From: Eledone cirrhosa
Taxonomy: Eukaryota
Direction of reading: 5' to 3'
Assembly: GCA_964016885.1 (NCBI GenBank)
Contig: OZ024740.1
Span: forward strand, 376,588,001-376,652,000
Length of the DNA: 64,000 nucleotides
This document shows positions 29,623 through 42,965 of this stretch, in pieces. Position 1 is the first letter of the stretch. Every line of letters begins with the position of its first letter. The notes beneath the pieces are model-generated. The model had not been told where the DNA came from and ran no database searches. It saw only the letters and a program-made list of their open reading frames with translations. The position numbers and the translations under genes were made by a program.

Positions 29623-29860
29623 GCAGTTCCGCAACAGTTACTTCATCTTTACCAAGAACATTTGTTTCACCTTAGTCTGATCAACAGATCCGTTTAATTG
29701 CATATCAACCGAGCTGATGATCCGACTAAGTTGAAACAATTATTCTCGGTAATGGTGAACAAACTGTTGTGTTACTACTTCTACCAAACTCGTTCCATGG
29801 GCCATGGGGTGAGAGCTCTACTACTACGGATATAACCCACCTGTGTGTTCTACTATTACA
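29618..29860. mobile_element. Fold-back pLTR fragment with HHR (plus-strand copy 29708-29750, decayed minus-strand copy ~29651-29695), related to the 20159 HHR family
   Basis: accgag-CTGATGA-tccgactaagtt-GAAA-caattatt-ctcggt followed by ATGGTGAAC.AACTGT as at 20200. 29618-29695 is its inverted copy. Confidence 0.75.
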
Positions 29861-29974
29861 TATATCTGTGAGTGCGTGTATGTATGTGTGTGTGTGTGTG
29901 TGAGGTATTTCCGTAGAAAAGGTAAAGGAAAGAAGTGTGCTCTATGTATAGTACTGAGCTATTTAATTACACAA

Positions 29975-30016
<42 letters not shown>

Positions 30017-30205
30017 TGTGTGTGTGTGTTTATGTGTGTGTGTGTGTGTGTGTAACATCTTTCATGTACCTAGATGTTATATTCCTTGCCGAACATTCCT
30101 GCCGAAGGTTTTCCATCCGAAATTAAAAATCCTCCACTGCCTCTAGGTTTGAACCTAATGATACTTTAAATTTTTGCACCCCTGCTTGTTTTGATTTATG
30201 TGTTC

Positions 30206-30282
<77 letters not shown>

Positions 30283-30855
30283 TGAAGAATGGCGTGCTGC
30301 GATGTTGCTAACATGAACATATGAATAAAAATAGACCAAGACATAAAATGTCCTCATCAGTAGTCTGCTGATTATCGTTGGTATTTCGACGCATTAAAGA
30401 CTAGATACCTAAAATCAGTGCGAGCGATAACTCAATTAAGTTATCGGGTCAGTGGGAAAGCAGAGGGAAGGAAACAAACACATGGTAGTATACAACGTAA
30501 AGAGAGGAAAATACAGACAAGTCAATGAATCCTGTGGGCTTAAGTCCGACAAATCAAATTGACGAGGAGAAAATAGACACGTCCGAGCCGCGAGAAGATT
30601 GAGAGAGGAAAGAAATTCAAATACACAGATTATATATAGGTCCAGGTTCGTCTTTAACCTGTTTCTATTTTAGTGGATTATGTGGCAATATGTCTCCGGT
30701 CGCAATTTTAACTGTCACAAACGTATTGTTATTACTCTGAGCTATAACTTATCGTTTTATCGATATGAACTCATTGAGTGCTTTGACCAGCCTCCTCAGC
30801 AGATTGATTTCTAAAAATCCTAATCGCAGCTGCAACTTCGATTTTAGGCCCTATC

Positions 30856-30904
<49 letters not shown>

Positions 30905-31041
30905 CTCTATGTGTCAATAATTGTCACAGCTGTAGTGTTTGTACCGGAGTTTTCAAGTCGCTGGCTGGACTAAAAAGTCACACTTGTTTAGCGCATTGAT
31001 ATAAAGTAGTGGCCGAACTCGAAAACTAGTTGGCAGCCACC
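30905..31041 (+). mobile_element. 3' end of RTE-like element (C2H2 finger + tail)
   Basis: Reverse-complement match to 23978-24135. Confidence 0.7.
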
Positions 31042-31048
31042 ATATATA

Positions 31049-31080
<32 letters not shown>

Positions 31081-32922
31081 TATATATAGGGGTGAGATAG
31101 GAGTGAGTGCCTGTGTGTGTGTGCACCTGCGTGGTTTTGTGTGTGAGTGCCTGTGTGAATGTGTATATGAATGTGTGTGTATGTGAATGTAAATGTGTAT
31201 GTGTAGTTAATATTGGTTATTATATATTCATAGTTACCCGTTTATTTTTTTGATATTTAAGCCATACTTAAATTTGCCATTTAGTTCGCATTGTTTGAGT
31301 TAAATACAGCATTCATTGACCTTTGTGGATGTATTGATCACAGATATGGAGTTCTACTAACAAAATATGTATTTGCATGTAAACAACATATTTCAAGCTT
31401 TTCTGAAACATACTTTTCTTAACGCAAATATGTATGTATTTACATGTCAATACATTTCTAGAGAATCATTTAAGGTGATGGTATCTTATGTATATTAATG
31501 GAATTTTCAACCTGCATTTTTGAAAATTATGACAGAAGAATACTTTCTTTACAAATCTTGTACTTACAAAAGTACATATCTGTAAGATATTTTATCTACG
31601 CAGAAAGTCAGAGGCGGTGTGACCATGAATTCGATTTAAACTCAGAATGTAAAACGACTTAAAATTAATCACCACATGACAATATGAAAGCTGAATAGCT
31701 TTCATATTTTTTATAACTAATCACTGCAAAACAGTGTTTATAATTCAGTTTTCATATTTCATATTACATTTAGGAAATAGTAATTTAATATATATTACAA
31801 ATATGTTAGTGTTATTTTTTGCATGAGTAAGTGTGTAATCATTTGTGGTATGGCTCTCCATTTCTTTGCATCTTTCATCAATTTTCAATTTCCAATATTC
31901 TGATTATGTCTATTTCTAAATGTACATACATCTTTGATTTGATTTTTGTGACCATTTGAAATTTATTCATCGATTTAGAGAAATTTCCTTTTTCACAATT
32001 CTATGTGTATGATTTGCCTTAATCTATCTCCCTATTCAAATTAGTGTATTCTACAGACTATTCACTTCGTCTAAATTTGAAAAGATTTGTGGTATATTCT
32101 TCTGTGTTTATTCCATCATCCTGGCATAGAATTTAGTGCCTTAATGTTCCAACTCTATGTTTCTGTAGTTTTGTGAATTGACTCAAACTGTGCAACTAGA
32201 ACAATGTGAGTGAATTTTCCTTCCTGGCGTCTGTATTTACTACAATTAAGCTTATTTATTGTACTACTGTGTGTGTTTTGGAGATTTTGGCATTGTACAA
32301 TCCTTTATTCTCAATTTTGAATACTACGCTTTGACCATTGGGTGTTTCTTAATATTTTTGATTTTGTTGAATATTGCCTGTGTACGGAGTCGTTTGTGCC
32401 AACGACGTAGCAGAACAGTTTATAATGCTATTTTAGTTTAGATTTTAGTTTTGGCTTGGTTTCTAATTTCACAATCCGTTTCACAGTTTTTTTTTTTATA
32501 TCAGGTCCTGATTTATATTTGCGGGTTCTAGAGTTAGCAGATTAGCATAATAGATAGAGCAATAAACACAGATTTATTTAGTGAGATAAAATGCCACCCA
32601 GTTCGAATTTGTATTTCATAATTCTGATGATGATAAATATTCTACTTAGCATTTGCAAATATGACTTAGAGTCGCTGCCATCAAGCTACTCCTCCCAAAA
32701 TATGTTAGCTATTGAGGTTATATTAAGCATCAATATGACTACGAAAACAAAATCGAAACCGTTAACAATTCTCTCAAACGCAAGTCATTATCTTGTGCTT
32801 ACTTTACACAGCGTCGATCGCTTATTTGGATAAGTGTATATTTGTGAATCTATCTTTATGCACTCTTACATCTATTGCATTATAATTAGGGCGAAACAAA
32901 CAAACATACATACATACATACA

Positions 32923-32998
<76 letters not shown>

Positions 32999-33005
<7 letters not shown>

Positions 33006-33585
33006 TAAAATAACAGATTAAAGTTTAAGCAAAGAATCGTTGCTTTCACCCTTAACGGGATTTTCTGAAACTAACAAAGTCAATCAGTTAACGCAAAAGT
33101 GAATATTTCAAAAAACGTTGCAACCGGAAGAAGACAGGAAGACGACACTTTAGTTCGTGAAAACGTTCCCTGGCAAAGAACGGGGAAAAACGAATATAAT
33201 ACGTCATTAATTGGAGCGGTGAAAAACAATTACACGCAAAAACAAAACAACATTTATGGTATAAAAGAAGCCGTAATTGTTTTTTCCCGCTCCAAATAAT
33301 GACGTACTATATTCGTTTTTTCCCTCTCTTTGCCAGGGAACATTTCCACGAACCAAATTATCGTCTTCCTGTCCTCCTCCGGTTGCAAAGTGTTTTGAAA
33401 TATTCACTTCTGCGTTCACAGATTGACTTTGTTAGTTTCAGAAGTTCCCGTTAAGGGTGAAAGCAGCGATTCTTTGCTTAAACTTTAATCTGTTATTTTA
33501 ATAAATATTTGCTCTACAGCTCTTATATATTTGTTATATGTTTATCCTTACCGATCCCTCTTTGGATTTTAGTCTTCAAATTTAT
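32999..33585. mobile_element. Fold-back pLTR fragment: ~235-bp inverted arms, ~39-bp spacer, ~80-bp tail
   Basis: 33000-33233 is the reverse complement of 33273-33507. 33490-33585 matches 15499-15590 upstream of the first Penelope-like ORF. Decayed HHR-like motif (cagaagt-tcccgttaagggt-GAAA) at ~33439-33475. Confidence 0.8.
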
Positions 33586-36500
33586 TATTATTATTACTAT
33601 TGTTATTACTCTTTGAGTCTCAGTCATTGATGTTAGTTAATTGGAAAGTTTGTTGAGATGAATATCAAGCCACTACCTGCAGCCTCAGATATTCAGGACG
33701 TATGGGAGGGTTCTTGCTGTTCCCAGCAAGCATGCCTTTTGAAGCGTTCCAAAAAGCGTGATGGGGCCGATTTTCTTTAACCATCCCTGGAAACTTTTGG
33801 AGATAGTCCCCAGTGCGCCTATGGCAATCGGGATCACTTTGACTTCATGGCAGTTCCAAATCCTTTTTACCTCCCACTTTAAGTCTTGGTATCGGTTAAT
33901 TTTCTCGCTCTCCTTCTCTTGCACTCTCGTGTCGAATGGGCAGGCCACATCCACAATCAGACACGCTCTTTTTTCTTTGTCCACAACCACCAGGTCAGGT
34001 CTATTGTGTTCCAGTTTCTTGTCCGTCTGTATCCTAAAATCCCACAGCACCTTCACCTGATCGTTCTCCATCACCGCCTCTGGCTTATGCTCATACCATT
34101 TCTCAGAATGTGGTAAATTGTTTACTTTGCACAGGTGCCAGTGGATCACCCTGCCCATCACATCATGTCTCCAGCCCTTATAGTGGGCCTGGGCTAGGTG
34201 TTTACACTCGGATACAATGTGAGCCACAATCTCCTCTCTCTCTCCACAGATCCTGCACAGTGGGCTAGCCTCCTCCTTGTAAATATGGTGTTTCAACCAC
34301 TTCATTTTGAGGGCCTGCTCCTGCGCAGCCATTAACATTCCTTCTGTAGCCTTTTTGAGGTCTCCTCTTCTCAACCAGTTACATGTCTGTGGATCTCTAA
34401 ATTCAGTTTTATCAAAGAAGGTACTATGAAGGGATTTTCCCTGAAGGCTGCTCTTTCTCCTTGATGTTATTTCCTCCTTGGACATCCCCTGGCCTACTGT
34501 CCCCTCCTTCAGTACAGTTCTGAGCATTGGCTCCTTACTATCAGTCACGTATTTGTATAAGTTGTTTTTCTCCATCTGAACACAGTCCTCTATGCTGATA
34601 AGACGTCTTCCACCCTCAGATCTCCTTAGGTAGAGTCTATCGACATCACTCCTCTCGTGGAAAATGTTGTAGATAGTCAATAGCTTCCTAGTCTTCCTAT
34701 CCATTTCTTTTTGTTCAGCGACATTCCATCTCAGAATTCCCGCACTGTACCTAATAATAGACACAGCTCGGGAATTTACTGCGCTTATGGCATTTCTGCT
34801 GTTCAGGTGTGACTTCAATACGCTCCTTACTCTCTGAATGTATTCAGTTCTTAACAATTCCTTCATTTTTTTGTTCTTTATGCCATCAGCCTCCAGAACG
34901 CCCAAATACTTGTATCCTTCCTCAGAGTCAATTTCCTTTATCATCTCACTTGTTGGTATCTGGATTACGTTACTTCTGCTCAACCTACCCCTCCTCATCA
35001 CAATGACTCCACACTTACTAATATCAAACTGCATACATATATCACTGCTGAAAATGCGGACAGTATCAACAAGCAGATCCAACTCCTTCTCACTCTTCCC
35101 GAAGAGCTTAAGATCGTCCATGAAGAGGAGGTGATTGATGGTAAGCTCTCCCTTTCCCAACTTGTATCCTGCTCTCACTTTTCGCAGCATAATGGTTAAG
35201 GGCATCAGGGCAAGGACAAACAACAGAGGGGACAGGCTATCTCCCTGGAAGATACCTCTCTTGATCTTCACGCTTCCCAAGGATTCTCCAGTTGATGTCA
35301 ACTCTGTCTCCCAGGACCCCATACTCCTGCCCAGCAACTGTCTGATGTTATCTGCCACCTTGAAGATCTCCAGGCTTTTGGTGATCCAAGAGTGAGGCAC
35401 CATGTCAAATGCCTTTCTGTAGTCTATCCATCCCATGGCAAGATCAGTGTGTCTCCTCCTGCAATTCCCCATTACCATCTTATCAATAAGTAACTGGTCC
35501 TTTGTACCACGTGACTTCTTTCGGCATCCTTTCTGTTCGTCCGGTAACAAGTTGTTTGTGTGGAGGTGATGGTAGATTTCCTCAGACACAATGCTCGTCA
35601 ACAGTTTCCACATTGCGGACAGACATGTGACAGGTCTATAGTTGGTAACATCATTACCCTTGATTCGGTCTTTCATTATCAGAACTGTGGTACCTTTTGT
35701 CAATCACTCTGGCACCTCACCCGACACCAAGCAGTCATTGAACATGGCCGTCAGTTTCGGGTGGAGGGATGTTAAATGTTTAATCCAATACCCCTGCACA
35801 CCATCTGGGCCTGGTGATTTCCAGTTGGTTAGTTTTTTTGCCTGCCCCTTAAGAGTTTCAACTGTGATACTCAAATCAGTTTGTTGTTGTGCCTGCTCAC
35901 CGATCTCCCTCTGTACTGTCTCAATCCACCCTGCCTGGACATTATGTCTAACATCCTGTTCCCATATTCCTCTCCAGAATGATTTAGTTTGCTCCGCCCC
36001 AGGGATCAAGTCGTTGCCTCTTTCTTTCCCCTGAAGCTGTCCAAACAGCATCTTCTGGTTGTTGTCGAACATGCGGTTCTGTTTAGACTGACTGACTCTG
36101 TTCTCGTATCGCCTGATTTTTGCACTCTTTGCTACAATGCGTTGCTTCAGTTCCTCTATGATAATATTTCGCTTTTTCCTCCTAGTTGTGTATTTTATTT
36201 CCAGTCTATTTTTAGTGCCTATGTTTTTTAGTGTCCCATTCAGTAGTGACTCAAGCTTTCCTTTGTCATTTCTCATTTCCCCGATTTGCCCACTCAGTCG
36301 CTTCTTCCACCACGGCTCTGCTCTTTCTTGTCTGTTGTTTCCTCTCGCTTTTATACCAAGTAGTTTCCTCACCGTATTTGCTGTTGCTTTGAGGATATTG
36401 TTGCACTGGTGAAGGCTCCTAGCCCCAAGGTATGGGATGACTTTGTTTACCTTAGCTGTTGTTTCTTTTAACTTTTTCCTGTCTACAAATCTTAGGTTCA

Positions 36501-37240
36501 TAGGTCTCCCACTATCATTGTTCAATTCGTCTACCACTAAATTTAGGATGTCAACCGAATCTTGTCCCAGCCCGTCAGCATTCATCTCCTCAGTGGCCGT
36601 ATCTCTGTTCCAGGTATTATTTATCTCAGTGTTCAGATCATTGTCTGCTTCGGGTGGTTCCTCCGTTCTCTCGACCTCTACACCTTCATTTCCCACTGGC
36701 TCGTTTGTCTGGCATACTACACCCTCCATCTCCAAGCTATCCTCTCTGCTCAGTTCCTCCAGTTCCAGCTCGCTAATCCACCCATTAGTTCTTATTACCC
36801 GAGCCTGCCCGGCCAATTTTTGTTCATCTAATTTAAATAGACCAATCTCGTTCCAGATGTTATGCATCCGTCTCCTGTAGCCCCTCTCCTTGGGGTTACT
36901 TTTCAGGTAACATTGCATAACAGTTCTATTCAATTCTTTCGTCCAGTTGGTTCTGGCCCCTTTCCTTCTTCTTCTTCCTCCAACACCAGCAGTATTTGGT
37001 TGACAGTCAGGTTCCTGCTGCTAAGCCAGGGGGCACCTGTTGGGTGAGAGTCTGTCACATGACGTTTTAGTCTCCATTTCACCGTTATTCGAACTGTTTA
37101 GGTTCGATATTTAAACACTCTTATCGAGGATTGGCGAATGTATGGTTACATAGCCATCTGTGGATTCACCGTTTCCGGTGGTTGCGCCGTTCCATTTGGC
37201 ACTTGTGTAGCATTATCACCACGCTGTAGACGAACACAAA
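33583..37240 (-). mobile_element. Near-intact R4/Dong-clade non-LTR retrotransposon (single ORF: RT, CCHC knuckle, RLE) with (TAA)n 3' tail; 5' boundary uncertain
   Basis: [74 protein letters not shown]. 3' end runs into TAA repeats, the known Dong target. Confidence 0.95.
33685..37077 (-). pseudogene. R4/Dong RT-RLE polyprotein (~1130 codons), interrupted only by in-frame TAG (37023-37021) and TGA (35706-35704)
   Basis: The 409-aa and 672-aa ORFs are in the same frame, separated by one TGA. The frame continues upstream through one TAG to an ATG at 37077. Confidence 0.88.
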
Positions 37241-38120
37241 TAAACAAACAAACACGCAGGCATAAAAAAAACCCAAAATGAATAAGCATAAGTTTCATTG
37301 TAATGTAGTGTTCGAATGTCTGACTTCGTTTTTCCCCTCTCTTCTCTGCCCGTCCGCTTGTTTCTCTCTTCATTCTTATTTTATTTACGTTTTTTTTTGT
37401 TTTTTGTTTTTGTTTTTCTCTATTTGTTTTTCTCGTTTTTTGCTGTTGTTGCTGTGCTGTTTTGGTTTTGATGTTTGTTTTTTCTTTTTTCTTTTGAGTC
37501 TATCTATATATTTTGATGCCTTCCTCTTTTTTAGTAGGAATTCTATAATGTAGTGGCAGCAACTAGCAGAAGCAATGGGAGACAGCAGCGGCGGTAGCGA
37601 TACTGAGACAGTGGTGGTGGTGATGTCGATACCGAGGCAGTGGTGGTGGTGATGTGATCGTATTACTGTAGTGATGGTGTTGTAGCGGTGGGAGCAATGA
37701 AGGAGTGGTGGCGGCGGTGATGGTGGGATAGTGGTAGTAATGATGGCCGTTATCTGGCTGTTGTGTTTAGTGTACACAGAGAGGTGATGGGGTAGGTGGT
37801 GTATCTAGTTTCTGGTGTTGGTGAGATTGGTGTTGTTTGGCTATTCTATATGGTGTAGACAGAGGAGGGGGGGGGTCTTCTTCCATTTATAGCCATTTTC
37901 TTTTTTGAATATACAATGTACAATACAATGTTGAATATTTGAATATTTGAGCCTTATAACAATATAATTTGGGTCCGAATTTTTTTGGGGCTCAAGCCGG
38001 ATGCTTTACGTAGCATTTGTACTAAGAGTTGTTATTTCACAAATGATTTAAATATGTTAAAAATTCAAAACTTACGGGAGCGATTTCATGACCTTCTACC
38101 ACCTCGTGCGTCTTCTTCCC

Positions 38121-38178
<58 letters not shown>
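38121..38178. repeat. (TTA)n microsatellite
   Basis: Direct reading. Confidence 0.95.
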
Positions 38179-38185
<7 letters not shown>

Positions 38186-38242
38186 TAAATTAATAAAAAT
38201 AATGAATAAAAACAAAGAAACAGTTCCTTATATTAAAAAATT

Positions 38243-38383
38243 CATCATTTTACGATCGTTTCTAGGATATATATATGTGTGTTAGTATGTATATCATATA
38301 GATCTATGTAAATTTTTACAAACTATCAGAGGGAATATACATACCTACACATATATATATATATGCTGTCTTCAGAAATAATG
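38243..38383 (-). ncRNA. Type I hammerhead ribozyme with ~100-nt stem II (left arm)
   Basis: Reverse complement of the 42591-42728 motif; core intact. Confidence 0.82.
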
Positions 38384-41300
38384 ATATTTGTTTATTGAAA
38401 AAACCCAACAAATATTTAATATAATAGGTCTGTTTGGGAACAGGTTTTGAATTGACCAATAGAAAGGCAGTAAGTGGTCAAGATGGTAGAATAGTAGTAA
38501 TAGAACTTTAATTTAGGGGTAGAGGAAAGCAGATTTCAGTTTTGAATGGAAAGAGTATAATGAATGAAAAGATTATTTTGGGGATGAAAATAGGTCAAGT
38601 CGGTAAAAGGTACACGAAAAATTGATGTTATAAAAGAATAATGCTAATGTAAATATCTAAGGAGAATAAAATTTCACGATAAACGTGTTAGTGAAAAATA
38701 TCAATCTTATTCAAAATATAAGGAATTTACATCTATAAAAAGAAAATAAATTAATTAAATTGATAGGTATATTTATATTGATAAATTTATATTAATTCAT
38801 ATAGATATGATAAATAAGAGTTAGATGTAAATGAAGAGTGCTCTTAAAAACGATGGGAAAATAAAAAAATTATTATTATTATTATTGGGGGGATGGGTAA
38901 ATTTATTAGTGAGAAATAACAAATTTATATAGATTATAAGGAATATAGATTCATAACCTGAAATTAAAATATTTTATATGCATACTTATTGGTAAAAGAT
39001 AGCTTTAAAAGGGAAATAAAATTATGCAGTTCATTAGTAGTAGAATATTAATTATAGGTTAACTAATTTTAAAAAGATGTTATTATAATAATTTGTAAAG
39101 TGTATATTAATTAGGTTTATAATATTTAAAAGTTCTTCTCAATTTATGATTACATGATATAATTAATTCCTGTCGCTTATTTAATAGGATATCCTTAGAT
39201 TTCATTATTTCAAAAAGTTCCTGGGAACATAATCTACATTCATATCTATTATTTTGATAAGGGGTGGCCCTTTTTAGCACACTCCAGGTCAGGTTATAAT
39301 CTTTATTCCTTTTTCTATAATTATTAATTATTTCATCTAAGGATGTTTTATTAGCTAATGCAGCATTTTTAACACTGTGTTTGTGGGTATTAAATCTTAC
39401 TTTAAAATGGTTAGAAGTAGCTCCTATATATGAATAAGTTGAGTCCTTAGTGTTAATTTTACATTTATATACTATGTTATTGATAAGGCAATTTCCTTTT
39501 AATGGCAATTTGCTTTGTTTCTACATTTACAACCTTTCGTGAATGCTGTATCAGAGGAGATAGTCAAATTAGGTGTGGAATTTTCACGACTTGTTGTATG
39601 TGAATGAGATGGTAGTTTGCTTTGGTTTATTTTAGTATTATGGTTAGTTTGATGTATTGGTGGTATACATTTATATGCATTATAGGCACTTATATTTTGT
39701 TTGAGTAGGAGAATTTAACCGTTGATCTATTTAAAGTTTGATGGTATTTATGGTTTGGCGGGAGATTTTTCTCTAGGATAGCAAAAATTGTTTAGGTATA
39801 TTATCTTTAATTTGTAGATTAAATGGAGCATTATACCAAGTAACTCGTCTATTACGGTTTCGATGTTGTTTATTATTTTTATAGGATGTATCCTGATGTT
39901 TATTAAGAGAATTAGTGTTAGTGATTTTATTACACATATTTTTAGTTAGATTCATTGATTTAGGTGTTTTAGCCTGTTTGTTAGGAATTTTGTTATTAAC
40001 ATATATTGGAGTATTAGGATGAATGGTTTTTTCAAAGATACTATATTGTATATTAGAAGAGTTAGAGAAATTAAGTTTTATGTTGGTATTTTGGGGTATA
40101 GTGTGAGTGGCATTTAGATGTGTATATTTCATTTGGTGTTTGTTGGTAATATTGGGTTGTATGTTTGTAGTGTTATTGGTACAAGGTATATATACTAATT
40201 TGTTTTTGTGGCCACTTCTAGCTAAAGCTTCGTTATAAAAGGCCGCAGTTTTATCAAATACATCCTGGTTAGACGAAAGGTTAGAAATTCTGAGTGAGAT
40301 ATTATATGCTAGGTCTTTAAGGATAGATTTAGGGTGATTAGATTGTGAGTGTATGTAATGTAAGCTTTGGTTAGGTTTATGGTAAGGTTGGTAGATACCC
40401 GTAGATAAGTCTAATGTTATATCAAGGAAATTAACTACTTTACTTGTGTTTTCAAATGTAATATCTAGACTATAATAGTCTTTGAGGAAAGTTCTAATAA
40501 GTTTTTATTTTTTTCAATTTCTGATAGGCTAATGTTATTGGAAAGAAGAAGACACTCGTCACGATATAAACCTGGGGAAAAGAAGCATTTATGTTAAATA
40601 GAATAAAGAGGCCCACAAGATCGGTAATTTGTGCAGAATCACTAGATCCCATAGTAATGTTGAATAGATTACTATATGTGTTTCTGGTCCAGTATTCTTT
40701 CTGAAATTCCAGTAGTGTTTGTCTAGCATGTGTGATAATATTAATGTCATCCATAGTTAAGTTTGACCTATTTTTGGCAAATATCAAGGCTTTGTTCAGG
40801 AGTATAGGTGATATAGAGGAATAATAAGCATCTATATCGAATTGTAGAAATGAAGCAGAAGATTTATTTCTAATGTTAGTAAACCAGTTAATTACCTGGG
40901 ATGTGTTTTCCCAGAGTGGTAAATTAACATGTTTTCTTAATTGTGGGATGACTCTATCTAAAAATGTTTTACTAATGATGCCAATGTCAGATTTGGAAGG
41001 CATATAAGCCTTATAGAAGGATTAGAGTTAAAATTAGAATTGTGATCTTTCAGGTTAAAATGTGGTTTTTTCAGTGCCAAAGGTTCAGTTCTATCTTCAA
41101 TATTAAGTCTATTTACTATGTTGTGTGTTTTGTTGTTGATGTTGGTAAGTGCCGCATTGTTTGTTTTTTTTATCATTTTTCGTGAGTTCTTTATATATGA
41201 ACTCATTGTGCAAATTCCACACCTAATTTGACTATCTCATCTGATACAGCATTCACGAAAGGTTGTAACTGTAGAAACAAAGCAAATTTCCCATTAAAAG

Positions 41301-41910
41301 GACATTGCCTTATTAATAACATAGTATATAAATGTAAAATTAACACTAAGGACTCAACTTATTCATATATAGGAGCTACTTCTAACCATTTTAAAGTAAG
41401 ATTTAATACCCACAAACACAGTTTTTAAAATGCTGCATTAGCTAATACAACATCCTTAGCTGAAATAATTAATAATTACAGAAAAAGGAATATAGATTAT
41501 AACCTGACCTGGAGTGTGCTCATAAGGCCACCCCTTATCAAAATAATAGATATGAATGTAGATTATGTTCCCAGGAACTTTTTGAAATAATGAAATCTAA
41601 GGATAACCTATTAAATAAGCGAAAGGAATTAATTATATCATGTAATCATAAATTGAGAAGAACTTTTAAATATTATAAACCTAATTATTATAATAACATT
41701 TTTTTAAAATTAGTTAACCTATAATTAATATTCTACTACTAATTAACTGCATAATTTTATTTCCCTTTTAGAGCTATCTTTTCCTAAAATGTATACCAAT
41801 AAGTATGCATATAAACTATTTTAATTTCAGGTTATGAATCTATATTCCTTATAATCTATATAAATTTATTATTTCTCACTAATAAATTCCCCCCCCCCCC
41901 AATAATTAAA

Positions 41911-42100
41911 GGGCGGTGGATTAGCAGTATCGGTAGAGGGTCGGACGCCAAGCTTTCCAGCATAGTTACGTCCCTTTACGATCTGAGTTCAAATCCCGCC
42001 GAGGTTGACTTTGCCTTTCATCCTTACGGGGTCGATAAAATAAAGTACCAGTAATGCACTGGGTAATTGCTGGCCTTGTGCCTAAAGTAGAAACAATTAT
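41911..42100 (+). mobile_element. Full-length SINE inserted in one arm of the inverted repeat
   Basis: Absent from the mirror position (~38870-38890), which holds a plain (ATT)n tract. Confidence 0.93.
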
Positions 42101-42590
42101 TATTTTTTTTATTTTCCCATCGTTTTTAACAGCACTCTTCATTTACATCTAACTCTTATTTATCATATCTATATGAATTGATATAAATGTATCAATATAA
42201 ATATACCTATCAATTTAATTAATTTATTTTCTTTTTATAGATGTAAATTCCTTATATTTTGAATAAGATTGATATTTTTCACTAACACATTTATCGTAAA
42301 CTTTTATTCTCCTTAGATATTTACATTAGCATTATTCTTTTATAACATCAATTTTTCGTGTACCTTTTACCGACTTGACCTATTTTCATCCCCAAAATAA
42401 TCTTTTCATTCATTATACTCTTTCCATTCAAAACTGAAATCTGCTTTCCTCTACCCCTAAATTAAAGTTCTATTACTACTATTCTACCATCTTGACCACT
42501 TACTACCTTTCTATTGGTCAATTCAAAATCTGTTCCCAAACAGACCTATTATATTAAATCTTTGTTGGTTTTTTTTCAATAAACAAATAT

Positions 42591-42728
42591 CATTATTTCT
42601 GAAGACAGTATATATATATGTGTAGGTATGTATATTCCCTCTGATAGTTTGTAAAAATTTTACATAGATCTATATGATATACATACCAACACACATATAT
42701 ATATCCTAGAAACGATCGTAAAATGATG
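42591..42728 (+). ncRNA. Type I hammerhead ribozyme with ~100-nt stem II (right arm)
   Basis: cattattt-CTGAAGA-[..tatatatatgtgt.ggtatgtatat...atatacatacc..acacatatatata..]-GAAA-cgatcg-TA-aaatgatg: 8-bp stem I, palindromic stem III ACGATCGT, GUA cleavage after 42720. Confidence 0.85.
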
Positions 42729-42924
42729 AATTTTTTAATATAAGGAACTGTTTCTTTGTTTTTATTCATTATTTTTATTAATTTATCTTGACTCTGTTTT
42801 CCTGTATTTTTCATCGAAAAAAGTTTTGAATACATCTTCTCTTTTCATGATGTTCGGATTACATTGAGTTCTTCATACGGATTGGACACTACCGTACATT
42901 TTGGTAGATTTATCTACACACATA

Positions 42925-42965
<41 letters not shown>

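Larger units (their letters stand above)
38186..42916 (-). mobile_element. AT-rich Naiad-type Penelope-like element: 5'-truncated minus-strand copy (41210-38186) joined head-to-head to an inverted copy of its 3' part (41213-42916)
   Basis: LKDHNSNF..P, QFDIDAYYSSI, MGSSDSAQITDLVG, VTWYNAPF, GCNCRNKAN.PLKG.C, IVYKC..YIGAT..FK.RFNTH, CRLCSQE, LNKR.E. 38186-39583 mirrors 41213-42785. Confidence 0.95.

Noticed and set aside
30325-30368. HHR-like motif on the minus strand (agacta-CTGATGA-ggacattttatgtc-ttggtct)
   Set aside because: The GAAA box is absent; at best a deleted remnant.
35704-35706. TGA in the Dong ORF as selenocysteine or programmed readthrough
   Set aside because: It aligns with Trp in the sister copy, so a TGG>TGA mutation is the simpler explanation.
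34809-36880. Plus-strand ORFs over the Dong element
   Set aside because: Antisense shadows of the RT ORF with no independent motifs.
37090-37240. HDV-like or twister ribozyme in the Dong 5' UTR
   Set aside because: Small hairpins are present, but the required pseudoknot pairings and conserved core could not be assigned.
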